Source: a virus. From it: a DNA stretch of 64,000 bases. How positions within the stretch are numbered: the first letter of the stretch is position 1; each line of letters starts with the position of its first letter. A program made the translations under genes and the position numbers. Location: IMG/VR virus record IMGVR_UViG_3300014205_000222; one strand, written 5' to 3'. The notes under the pieces are model-generated. The model was not told the origin of the DNA, searched no databases, and saw nothing but the letters and a program-made list of their open reading frames with translations. Below are positions 38,112 to 45,945 of this stretch, piece by piece.

Positions 38112-38384
38112 TTATCTGGCATTTAGACGACCACCCACAAAATTTTCTCTGTATATCTGTTTCATATGTTCAAACGATGTATACAACACCACAGGAACCG
38201 CAAAAAACAACAATACAAACTCTGGGTCAGCCTCACCAACCAAATTCACAGTAAACAACATCGTATGATTTGGAGAGAAATATGCGCGCATCCATGTGTA
38301 CGCCATTAACAAGATGTATAGCATAGACATCATTGAACCATACAACATTATCGCAGCCCTGATTTTTTGTGAAACTGGAACCAC
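38112..38384 (-). CDS. small membrane protein (90 aa)
   Basis: ORF track. Confidence 0.35.
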   Translation of the reverse strand: MVPVSQKIRAAIMLYGSMMSMLYILLMAYTWMRAYFSPNHTMLFTVNLVGEADPEFVLLFFAVPVVLYTSFEHMKQIYRENFVGGRLNAR

Positions 38385-38601
38385 AACTCAACACTCCTTC
38401 TACAATTTTATAATACAACCTAATTATATTTAAAACTTTTCACTCTAACTTACTACCAGTCTCCCATATAAATTTCCCAAAATAATAAGACATCAGAATA
38501 TCTATTACCAATATTGCAAGCCATTTTATCGCTGGCATTTGTGCAGTTACAAAATCTGTTAAAAACGTTATTTTTATTGCCATAGGTTTCTACCCCGTAA
38601 C

Positions 38602-38907
38602 CTAATCTTCCTCAAAGTCATCATCGTTCTCATACCTATACAATTTATAATTTAACATAAACGTGTAAATACCAATAATTGTAACATTCACAATTAAAAT
38701 TCCCAAAATGTATAAGACATACGCAAGAGATTTTACCACATCAAACGTTGTCCCGCCATACATCATTGTATTGGCATGCATAAAAATGGTAATAAACGCA
38801 AATATATTTGTAATTGAGACAACGACTAGAAAAAATGCTGAAACCCCAATTGGCAACTTTGAACGGATATCCATATCAATCGTTATTTTCAAATGTTGGG
38901 TTATCAT
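38602..38907 (-). CDS. 3-TM membrane protein with acidic C-terminus (101 aa)
   Basis: ORF track. Confidence 0.4.
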   Translation of the reverse strand: MITQHLKITIDMDIRSKLPIGVSAFFLVVVSITNIFAFITIFMHANTMMYGGTTFDVVKSLAYVLYILGILIVNVTIIGIYTFMLNYKLYRYENDDDFEED

Positions 38908-39202
38908 TCATATATTCATTTATTAATTCATCTAACTGCTCTTCATGAATTTTTGCAGTTTTAATATACTCTTCAGTTTTTTCTGACAATTTCCTCTTTA
39001 CACTTTCATCATCACAATTTTCTACAATTTTTTCATAGAATGCAATTCCCTTTGAAACACCAAACTTATCAAAAAACGAATCGATTTTGCGCTGAGCAAC
39101 ATACGAATCTGCAATATGATATGCGACATAAATCAAATATGAACCGAATACACCCATGAAAAAACCTATGTTAAATGACAACAGATCAGTTACGCCAAAC
39201 AT
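38876..39202 (-). CDS. membrane-anchored protein (108 aa)
   Basis: ORF track. Confidence 0.4.
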   Translation of the reverse strand: MFGVTDLLSFNIGFFMGVFGSYLIYVAYHIADSYVAQRKIDSFFDKFGVSKGIAFYEKIVENCDDESVKRKLSEKTEEYIKTAKIHEEQLDELINEYMNDNPTFENND

Positions 39203-39392
39203 GGGTATATATTATAAACGCAAAACTATAAAAAGAAATCGTTGACATATAAGATATAATATATATCAAACCATATAATTTAAAACGTGGTTGGTTTTTT
39301 AAAAAAATAAGATTGCAAAGCGCATTTACTCAAAATAGTCGTAATGTTTAAATACTAAACAAACACCAATATATATAAGGTGATTTACGAAC

Positions 39393-39728
39393 ATGGATGT
39401 AACCAAATTAACTCCACACGGTGCCGATGTTAAAATCGGAGCTGGTGTTGGTATCCAGCCGCAAAACGTTGGTCAGACAGCACATAAAAAACAAAGAAAA
39501 CAAAATAAAACAATGGCAATCCCTTATGCATGCATAAAACGATTGGCACAAAACCAAAGCAGTGGAATGAGAATTTCAAGCGATGCTGTTTTTGTAATTG
39601 AAAAAGCACTCGAAGACTTCTCTGCGAAATTGATAAGTGTTTCGAAATCGTATACAGAACATAGAAACCGCAAGACCATAACATCTCTTGATGTTGATGT
39701 TGCACTAAAAAACATTGCTGAAATGTGA
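39393..39728 (+). CDS. archaeal histone (HMf-like histone fold) with 40-aa basic N-terminal extension (canonical fold starts at Met 39513)
   Basis: …AIPYACIKRLAQNQSSGMRISSDAVFVIEKALEDFSAKLISVSKSYTEHRNRKTITSLDVDVAL… aligns with HMfB (LPIAPIGRII…RVS.DA…HAGRKTI…D); TATA ATATATATAA at 39371-80. Confidence 0.7.
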   Translation: MDVTKLTPHGADVKIGAGVGIQPQNVGQTAHKKQRKQNKTMAIPYACIKRLAQNQSSGMRISSDAVFVIEKALEDFSAKLISVSKSYTEHRNRKTITSLDVDVALKNIAEM

Positions 39729-39738
39729 GAACCACATT

Positions 39739-40224
39739 TCACAACTTTTTTACATTTGTATTACCAAGTGCATCACGGAGTAAAAAATACCAGTGTGTTG
39801 TGGTATTGTGTCCATCTTGCACAGCAAAAGACACAAAATATTTATAAAAATATGATTTAGATACATCAAATGTATAATCAAAATCGTCGTGGTATTCTCC
39901 AGAATACAACTCGTATAACCCACCGCCACGATCCATAGTTCCACCATCCGAGCCATATATTTTCAGTGTTGCTACATCCGCACGGCTATCAAAACTATGT
40001 TTGACAAAAATATAATCCTTTTCATATATAACTTCTAAAACGTTTCCAGAATCATCATCTGTATTATCAACACCGAAAACAAATCCATATAATACGTACC
40101 CAACTCCCAAAATAACAGTAAGAATCAAAAAAAACGAAACGATTCTTAAAAATTTTGTGTACAGCGTAGGCTCATTCAAATCCGGGTCTACAAATTGTAC
40201 TGGGTGTTTAGAACGCACCGTCAT
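39739..40224 (-). CDS. signal-anchored protein (161 aa)
   Basis: ORF track; N-terminal TM. Confidence 0.45.
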   Translation of the reverse strand: MTVRSKHPVQFVDPDLNEPTLYTKFLRIVSFFLILTVILGVGYVLYGFVFGVDNTDDDSGNVLEVIYEKDYIFVKHSFDSRADVATLKIYGSDGGTMDRGGGLYELYSGEYHDDFDYTFDVSKSYFYKYFVSFAVQDGHNTTTHWYFLLRDALGNTNVKKL

Positions 40225-40240
40225 AATACCATAAAATCAA

Positions 40241-40732
40241 TTATACACACTGAATGTTTCCCTTGCGGAAATCATCTGCATCTTCTTCTTCCGCCTTGCG
40301 CTTTTTTCTTCCCAAAAACGAAAACAAACCGCGCTTTTTCTTTTTCGGTTTCGGTTGTTTAGAAGTTTCGGAAGGTTCAACCCCAAACAATGGCTGCAAC
40401 TCTCCCCATTTATCTGGTTGGGTTGGTCTCTGCCCGCGCGCAGGATTCACCTGTTCTTGATGCGGTTGCGGAAATTCGTTATTTTGTTGGTTATCTTCTG
40501 CAAACAAATCAAAAACTTCTTTTACCGACAACCGCTTTTGTGAAGTTCCTATATATGGTTGATATGTTTCATTAAACTCTTCATCTGATAAAATTATTTG
40601 TTCTCCTTCTGGAGTATTTACAAGCCACTCCCCTTCTTTAGCTTCGATATCATCACCATTTTCACCAGCAACTAATATATCTTCTTTCATTCTCACCGCA
40701 TCGACAACGACGGGTTTTTGCATATATTTCAT
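40241..40732 (-). CDS. hypothetical acidic/basic-tailed protein (163 aa)
   Basis: ORF track; C-terminal KPKKKKRGLFSFLGRKKRK. Confidence 0.45.
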   Translation of the reverse strand: MKYMQKPVVVDAVRMKEDILVAGENGDDIEAKEGEWLVNTPEGEQIILSDEEFNETYQPYIGTSQKRLSVKEVFDLFAEDNQQNNEFPQPHQEQVNPARGQRPTQPDKWGELQPLFGVEPSETSKQPKPKKKKRGLFSFLGRKKRKAEEEDADDFRKGNIQCV

Positions 40733-40786
40733 ACCATATATACTATACCGCCAAATCCTTAAAATACTTGCGGGTTATGACACAAA

Positions 40787-40859
40787 CGCCCCCGCCGCGA
40801 TTTGAACGCGGATCTTACGGGTTAGAAGCCCGATAGGATGTCCATTACCCCACGGAGGC
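40787..40859 (-). tRNA. tRNA-Arg-UCU: tRNA-Arg(UCU)
   Basis: Acceptor GCCUCCG/CGGGGGC, loop CUUCUAA, T-arm CCGCGUUCAAAUCGCGG. Confidence 0.75.
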
Positions 40860-40946
40860 AGGGTATATATTTATTTTACAGATATAAAAACATTTCACAA
40901 AATTCAAAAAGCATTATATAGTTCGCCCAAACAAAGCACCGGGTTA

Positions 40947-40979
40947 AATATATATAATTTAAACACACAACACACTGTC
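40947..40979 (+). promoter_or_regulatory. conserved leaderless promoter AAATATATATAATTTAAACACACAAC (copy 1)
   Basis: TATA ~25 nt upstream of ATG 40980; near-identical copy at 41567-41597. Confidence 0.5.
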
Positions 40980-41345
40980 ATGGATAACGACAAACACTTT
41001 GACATAAATACACAAGATGCAATTTTGTGGAACAAATTCCACATTGATTTAATCAGAGAATGTATTGGGAAAACTGATAATATCAATGAACCTCTATGCA
41101 GACATGTTGATATTATTTCCAGAGAACTGGCATTGAAAGGTATTCAAATATGTCGCGTGTGTGGAAAACCACTTCCATCCGGTGAAGGCAGATTCAACGA
41201 TCATCTGGTATTAAAACACGAAATGTGCATCCAACCAATATGTATTGCATGCTCAAAAACAAACCCCGATGCATTCCACTGTGCGTTTGAAAACGGCGTG
41301 AATAGATACAAAAATGTAATCAAATCCATTTACCCACGCGGTTAG
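40980..41345 (+). CDS. Cys-rich protein (121 aa)
   Basis: ORF track; CRVCGKPLPSGE…CIACSK. Confidence 0.45.
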   Translation: MDNDKHFDINTQDAILWNKFHIDLIRECIGKTDNINEPLCRHVDIISRELALKGIQICRVCGKPLPSGEGRFNDHLVLKHEMCIQPICIACSKTNPDAFHCAFENGVNRYKNVIKSIYPRG

Positions 41346-41347
41346 AG

Positions 41348-41539
41348 ATGAACAAAAACAAAAAAATTATAGCACCCATCAAATGCCCTGTGTGCGGGTC
41401 TGATATTATATCACACGGTATTGTATGGAGATGCACCACGCGGGGTTGTGTTTTTGTAGCCCCAAGACGATGTAAACACGACCCATCCGGCTATACCCTT
41501 GCACCCAACACAGAGTATTGGAAACAGTATCGTCGTTAA
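41348..41539 (+). CDS. zinc-ribbon protein (63 aa)
   Basis: ORF track; CPVCGS…CTTRGC. Confidence 0.45.
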   Translation: MNKNKKIIAPIKCPVCGSDIISHGIVWRCTTRGCVFVAPRRCKHDPSGYTLAPNTEYWKQYRR

Positions 41540-41566
41540 AATAATAAATTTAATTTTATTGCAAAG

Positions 41567-41597
41567 ACATATATAATTTAAACACAAAAACTTATAT
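41567..41597 (+). promoter_or_regulatory. conserved leaderless promoter ACATATATAATTTAAACACAAAAAC (copy 2)
   Basis: TATA ~24 nt upstream of cca ATG 41598. Confidence 0.5.
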
Positions 41598-43028
41598 ATG
41601 GTAATTAAAAAACAATCTCACAAAACTATAAAAAAAACATCGAAAGTTACACCCGCGCGCATTAAAAAAAGAATAATAAAAAGGAAAAAACGAATAAACC
41701 CGGAACAAATACCGCGCACTGCTCATAACATAACCTCAATGTTGAATCGACATGGTGCAACATGTTATATTGTAGGCGGATTCCCACGAGATACAATTCG
41801 AGGAATTTCTGCCAAAGATATAGATATTGAAGTGCACGGGTTAGATATCGACACTATAGCACAAATCTTGTCAAAACACTTTTCAGTAAATTATGTCGGG
41901 AAATCGTTTGGCGTGCTTAAAGTCAAAGAACCCGGTTCAACCGAGGAAATAGATGTGTCTGTACCGCGCGCAGACAGTGTTGGAAGAAAACCAGATGTCA
42001 CGTTTTTCAAAAATGCAACCCCAAAAGACGCAGCTTCAAGAAGAGATTTTACAATTAATGCTTTAATGTGGGATACAAAAACAAACACAATGGTTGACCC
42101 ATATGGTGGTATGCAAGATTTAAAATCTGGAACAATACGTTCAATATCCCAAAAAAGTTTTACAGATGACCCTCTCCGAGTTGTACGCGCTGCACAGTTT
42201 GCATCGCGGTTTGGCTATTCAATTGAACCTGAAACCGTTACCATGGCAAAACAATCTACACTACATGGTCTATCGATGGAACGTATACGTGAAGAAATGT
42301 TAAAAGCATTATTAAAGAGTAAAGCCCCATCAAGATTTTTCAATTCTCTCGATGGCATGGGGCAACTGTCTGCAGTTTTTCCAGAAATAGCAATTTTAAA
42401 ATCTATACCTCAAGATGAATATCACCACCCGGAGGGAAATGTATATACCCACACAATGATGGTTCTAGACCGTGTTCCAAACGACCCTATACTACGTTTA
42501 ACAGCATTACTCCACGATACTGGAAAGGCAGTCACGACATCAAACTCCAATGGGAGAATAAAATCGATTGGACACGAAAGACAAAGCACGATAATTGCAG
42601 AGAGATTTCTGCGCAAATTCAAATTCGACAACGCAACTATAAAAATGGTTTTGCCACTTGTAGATAACCACATGATTCCCGGGTTTTTGATAAATTCCGG
42701 AACAAAAATAACACTAGCAAAAAAGAACGCACTTATCGCACGCGTAGCCGGTGGTTATTCAAAAATTATGCGCGACCCACGAGAAGCACTAGAAAAATAT
42801 AAATATTTAATATCATTTGCAATTGCAGACCATGGTGCGGATTACTACAGCGACAAATTCTTGACACTCCCTCCAATACAACACTACGTATCCCACATCG
42901 ATGCACGCGCGCTTTCTGAAAAATACCAAGGAAAAGCACTCGGAGATGCGATTGTCGAGAGATATACAAACCAGATAAATACACCACCAAAACAAATGCG
43001 AAAAATGAGAAAGTTAACGAAGAGATAG
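41598..43028 (+). CDS. cca: CCA-adding tRNA nucleotidyltransferase, class II (bacterial/eukaryal type) with HD phosphohydrolase domain
   Basis: GGFPRDTIRG…AKDIDIEV head motif; HD motifs HHPEGNVYTHT and LLHDTGK; 476 aa. Confidence 0.8.
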   Translation: MVIKKQSHKTIKKTSKVTPARIKKRIIKRKKRINPEQIPRTAHNITSMLNRHGATCYIVGGFPRDTIRGISAKDIDIEVHGLDIDTIAQILSKHFSVNYVGKSFGVLKVKEPGSTEEIDVSVPRADSVGRKPDVTFFKNATPKDAASRRDFTINALMWDTKTNTMVDPYGGMQDLKSGTIRSISQKSFTDDPLRVVRAAQFASRFGYSIEPETVTMAKQSTLHGLSMERIREEMLKALLKSKAPSRFFNSLDGMGQLSAVFPEIAILKSIPQDEYHHPEGNVYTHTMMVLDRVPNDPILRLTALLHDTGKAVTTSNSNGRIKSIGHERQSTIIAERFLRKFKFDNATIKMVLPLVDNHMIPGFLINSGTKITLAKKNALIARVAGGYSKIMRDPREALEKYKYLISFAIADHGADYYSDKFLTLPPIQHYVSHIDARALSEKYQGKALGDAIVERYTNQINTPPKQMRKMRKLTKR

Positions 43029-43100
43029 TCCCGACCAGATTCGAACTGGTGTTTCAAGCTCCAGAGGCTTGTGTGCTTGACCAAACTACACTACGGGACT
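43026..43100 (-). tRNA. tRNA-Gln-CUG: tRNA-Gln(CUG)
   Basis: Acceptor AGUCCCG/CGGGACU, loop CUCUGGA, T-arm ACCAGUUCGAAUCUGGU; overlaps cca stop codon. Confidence 0.7.
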
Positions 43101-43104
43101 ACAA

Positions 43105-43174
43105 TGGGGATAGTGCGAATTGAACACACATCGCCCGGTTTGGAGCCGAGGTTCTTACCATTAGAGATATCCCC
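43105..43174 (-). tRNA. tRNA-Trp-CCA: tRNA-Trp(CCA)
   Basis: Acceptor GGGGAUA/UAUCCCC, loop CUCCAAA, T-arm GUGUGUUCAAUUCGCAC; short D-arm. Confidence 0.65.
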
Positions 43175-43176
43175 AA

Positions 43177-43248
43177 TGAACGTAGCAGGAATCGAACCTG
43201 CCATCTTCGCCATGTCAAGGCGACATCTTACCACTCGACTATACGTTC
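43177..43248 (-). tRNA. tRNA-Val-GAC: tRNA-Val(GAC)
   Basis: Acceptor GAACGUA/UACGUUC, loop UUGACAU, T-arm GCAGGUUCGAUUCCUGC. Confidence 0.7.
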
Positions 43249-43251
43249 AAA

Positions 43252-43325
43252 CGGACGCACGGAGATTTGAACTCCGACAAACAGATTAAGAATCTGTGAT
43301 GCAATCCAAACTACATTATACGTCC
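43252..43325 (-). tRNA. tRNA-Lys-CUU: tRNA-Lys(CUU)
   Basis: Acceptor GGACGUA/UGCGUCC, D-stem AUGU/GCAU, loop UUCUUAA, T-arm CGGAGUUCAAAUCUCCG. Confidence 0.75.
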
Positions 43326-43659
43326 AAATTGTACAGGGGGTTGCACCACCGGTTGGTTTGAGCTCTTTACCATCCTGAAACGTGCATCATCCAAACATAG
43401 AACTTTGTGTACACCTAAACATAGACCCCTGCACAAAATAATATATGCATTCAAGATATTTAAATCATTCTATCACAGATTGTTTTTGGGATATATTTTA
43501 CCGCATCGAAATAACAAGCCACACAAAAAAACAATAATATAGAGCGACAATTGATGTTATAATCACAATTCCAACAATAAAGACAGAAAATGGACATATT
43601 ATCACATCCCCCCGGGAAGTCACTCCTATCGGTTCACACGTCAAATAAATTGTCATCTA

Positions 43660-43730
43660 CGGGCGCGAGGGGAATCGAACCCCCTCTATCGGATTAAAAG
43701 TCCTGTGTGCGACCACTACACTACGCACCC
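43660..43730 (-). tRNA. tRNA-Lys-UUU: tRNA-Lys(UUU), weak anticodon stem
   Basis: Acceptor GGGUGCG/CGCGCCC, D-stem GUGU/GCAC, loop CUUUUAA, T-arm GGGGGUUCGAUUCCCCU; two mismatches at top of anticodon stem. Confidence 0.55.
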
Positions 43731-43733
43731 AAT

Positions 43734-43806
43734 TGTCCGGTCAGGATTTGAACCTGAGTCGCCAGATCATGGGTCTGGTATTCTGTACCAAGCTATACCA
43801 CCGGAC
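43734..43806 (-). tRNA. tRNA-CAU: tRNA-Met/Ile2(CAU) with C33
   Basis: Acceptor GUCCGGU/ACCGGAC, anticodon stem CCAGA/UCUGG loop CCCAUGA, T-arm UCAGGUUCAAAUCCUGA; long D-loop. Confidence 0.55.
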
Positions 43807-43984
43807 AACGATGTGTGCGGTGCCCGATTAAGCACATCCTCTCGGGCACCATTTAGCAGGTTTTACGTTTCGAAACCTATTGCTGTTAAACGTAGCCACG
43901 TTATTAACGAATAAGGGCAAGACGAGTGTTTTTTAGGTCACACTTAAACGACCCCCCACAACATAGTGCTACATGTGTGAGGAA
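43807..43984 (-). ncRNA. structured 178-nt spacer inside tRNA array (candidate small RNA / processing element)
   Basis: Perfect 9-bp hairpin GGUGCCCGA…UCGGGCACC (43819-43856), palindrome CGUUUCGAAACG within AGGUUU…AAACCU hairpin; no ORF. Confidence 0.3.
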
Positions 43985-44056
43985 TGCGCCCAGCAGGAGT
44001 CGAACCTACAACCGACACGGTGTAAACGTGCCGTGCTACCATTGCACCATGAGCGC
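43985..44056 (-). tRNA. tRNA-Val-UAC: tRNA-Val(UAC)
   Basis: Acceptor GCGCUCA/UGGGCGC, D-stem GUGC/GCAC, loop UUUACAC, T-arm GUAGGUUCGACUCCUGC. Confidence 0.8.
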
Positions 44057-44109
44057 GCGAATATTACTATTTGTCGTTATAATATATTAATTTAATGGTG
44101 TTTGTGGCA

Positions 44110-44649
44110 TCAATTGCCACAAATATATTCACCTATATCAAACAAATTGTTGGCAAGGTATACTGTTCCACGCATATACGAATTCCATGGAAATTCCAAT
44201 CCAGTTGCCAGTATACCTTTACAATATGCAACATTCAGTGTTTTTGGTGAATCGTCTATAACAACCTTCGTTGTGCCGTTAAACATTTTTGTCTTGTCGT
44301 ATGATATATGAATATCATCATATCGAATGTTATGTTTTTTCATCCACCGCGCAAGCAACTCTCTGGATTCTTCGCGCCGGTGCGAAGCTATCAGAACATT
44401 GAAATCTTCCTGCAGTCTACGCATAAATGAATCTGCCCCATCTAAAGGCGCGCATTCCATAATACGCATTTGGGCATTGTGTGCAGCTTCGAAAAAATCT
44501 TCTTCGCACATATAACCATGGTAAAAATCCCACTCGTTCCAATCAGTGTGTTTTGGTATTTCGGGATTATATTTGACAAGTTCTTCATAAAAAACAGGCG
44601 CAAAATCACACAATGTATTGTCAACATCTACAACAGCATCTTTAGACAT
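44110..44649 (-). CDS. HAD-superfamily phosphatase, 5'(3')-deoxyribonucleotidase (NT5C)-like
   Basis: N-terminal VVDVDNTLCDF (DxDxT HAD motif I); 179 aa typical of NT5C family. Confidence 0.5.
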   Translation of the reverse strand: MSKDAVVDVDNTLCDFAPVFYEELVKYNPEIPKHTDWNEWDFYHGYMCEEDFFEAAHNAQMRIMECAPLDGADSFMRRLQEDFNVLIASHRREESRELLARWMKKHNIRYDDIHISYDKTKMFNGTTKVVIDDSPKTLNVAYCKGILATGLEFPWNSYMRGTVYLANNLFDIGEYICGN

Positions 44650-44732
44650 CCAAATTACTCCAACCTAACAAATTTAAAAGATTTCCGCATTATTATATGT
44701 TTTAAAACTATTTTAAAGTTTGCATTTAAAAA

Positions 44733-44804
44733 TGCTCCCGGCGGGATTCGAACCCACAACGTGGGGTCGAAAGCCCCACATGATTGCCACTACACTACGG
44801 GAGC
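44733..44804 (-). tRNA. tRNA-Glu-UUC: tRNA-Glu(UUC)
   Basis: Acceptor GCUCCCG/CGGGAGC, anticodon stem UGGGG/CCCCA loop CUUUCGA, T-arm GUGGGUUCGAAUCCCGC. Confidence 0.75.
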
Positions 44805-44808
44805 GCAG

Positions 44809-44882
44809 CGCCACCGACAGGACTCGAACCTATATCGACCTACCTTAACAGGGTAGCGTATTACCAAATCTACCACAGTGGC
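44809..44882 (-). tRNA. tRNA-Asn-GUU: tRNA-Asn(GUU)
   Basis: Acceptor GCCACUG/CGGUGGC, loop CUGUUAA, T-arm AUAGGUUCGAGUCCUGU. Confidence 0.75.
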
Positions 44883-44886
44883 AAAA

Positions 44887-44958
44887 TGGAGCCAGAGTGA
44901 ATCGAACACCCAACACGGGATCTTCAGTCCCGCGCATTCCCAATTATGCTATAGCTCC
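44887..44958 (-). tRNA. tRNA-Phe-GAA: tRNA-Phe(GAA)
   Basis: Acceptor GGAGCUA/UGGCUCC, D-stem GCAU/AUGC, loop CUGAAGA (G37), T-arm GGUGUUCGAUUCACU. Confidence 0.8.
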
Positions 44959-44961
44959 GTA

Positions 44962-45038
44962 TCGGTGTAGTGGGATTTGAACCCACGGCTTTCCGGTTCG
45001 CACCCGGACTGTCTAAATCCAGACTGACATATACACCA
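44962..45038 (-). tRNA. tRNA-Arg-GCG: tRNA-Arg(GCG) (archaeal-type Arg isoacceptor)
   Basis: Acceptor UGGUGUA/UACACCG, anticodon stem UCCGG/CCGGA loop GUGCGAA, T-arm GUGGGUUCAAAUCCCAC; 5' end +/-1. Confidence 0.65.
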
Positions 45039-45040
45039 AA

Positions 45041-45115
45041 TCCGTCGGGCAGGATTCGAACCTGCGGGGTGACCGGTCTACAGCCGGTTGCGTTGGGCCG
45101 CTCTGCCACCGACGG
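45041..45115 (-). tRNA. tRNA-Tyr-GUA: tRNA-Tyr(GUA) with C1-G72 (archaeal/eukaryal identity pair)
   Basis: Acceptor CCGUCGG/CCGACGG, loop CUGUAGA, T-arm GCAGGUUCGAAUCCUGC. Confidence 0.75.
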
Positions 45116-45117
45116 AA

Positions 45118-45192
45118 TGTCCCGAGTGGGATTTGAACCCACAGCCATTTGCTTGCAAAGCAACCGTTCTACCGGGTTGTAACTATCGGGAC
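45118..45192 (-). tRNA. tRNA-UGC: tRNA with anticodon UGC (Ala-decoding) but lacking G3:U70
   Basis: Acceptor GUCCCGA/UCGGGAC (all Watson-Crick), loop UUUGCAA, T-arm GUGGGUUCAAAUCCCAC. Confidence 0.6.
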
Positions 45193-45256
45193 TTGTATGG
45201 CGAGTTTAATATGTTTATTTTAAAACAATTTATAGTTTTCCATTGGATGAATAATA

Positions 45257-45919
45257 TCAATATGAATTTGCTATCTGCAATTTTGATTGGAAGTATTCAC
45301 CGGTATCTACATTCATTGCGGTCAATTTACCATTCCATCCCGCACCGGTATCCATAAGAGTAAGATTTCCAATTGTTAGTGGTTTTGTGTCCTTTGTTAT
45401 GAATTGTGTTGTTGTGTGACCAATAAATATATGCGGATAATCGACAACATTTCCATCGAGAATATAGTTTATCAACTGCCTATCCCATACTAATGTTTCC
45501 AAATCATTATATTCTACTTTTTTCGTAGGGTTAAACCCACCGTGTACATATACACGTCCTTTGGAGTCTATGTAATATGGTTTTCCAGATTCAAGAAACT
45601 TTATGTGGCTGTCCGGGACACTTTTATATGAAAAACCATACGCGCGCATGGTTGCAAGTCCACCCTGATGAACCCACACAGGAAGTTCGATTCCGGTTTT
45701 CATCCAGTTCAATGCCCATAAATCGTGGTTTCCAATAACCAATATACAATTCTTAATTTTTAAAAGTTCTTCGATTACTTTCTGTGTGTCATATCCACCA
45801 TCAACAACATCACCTAAAACGATAAGTGTGTCACGGTCATAATCAAAAGACATCTTTTCAATTACTTCGCACAGAGCAACAAAACGCCCATGTATATCGC
45901 CAATAACATAAACACACAT
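45257..45919 (-). CDS. calcineurin-like metallophosphoesterase (lambda PPase / ApaH-like)
   Basis: GDIHGR, LGDVVDGG, GNHD motifs in order (PPP-family motifs I-III). Confidence 0.7.
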   Translation of the reverse strand: MCVYVIGDIHGRFVALCEVIEKMSFDYDRDTLIVLGDVVDGGYDTQKVIEELLKIKNCILVIGNHDLWALNWMKTGIELPVWVHQGGLATMRAYGFSYKSVPDSHIKFLESGKPYYIDSKGRVYVHGGFNPTKKVEYNDLETLVWDRQLINYILDGNVVDYPHIFIGHTTTQFITKDTKPLTIGNLTLMDTGAGWNGKLTAMNVDTGEYFQSKLQIANSY

Positions 45920-45945
45920 AAATAACCAACACCGTGTTAAAAAGT

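Noticed and set aside
43326-43659. Possible tRNA or protein gene in the 334-nt gap between tRNA-Lys(CUU) and tRNA-Lys(UUU)
   Set aside because: No T-loop-like GTTCRANYC motif on either strand. Only a 45-aa hydrophobic minus-strand ORF (43459-43594) with no support. Left as intergenic.
44924-45357. ORFs 44924..45163 (-), 44970..45182 (+), 45088..45357 (+), 44470..44856 (+) overlapping the Glu-Asn-Phe-Arg-Tyr-Ala tRNA array
   Set aside because: Same artefact: open frames created by GC-rich tRNA stems. No start or SD context.
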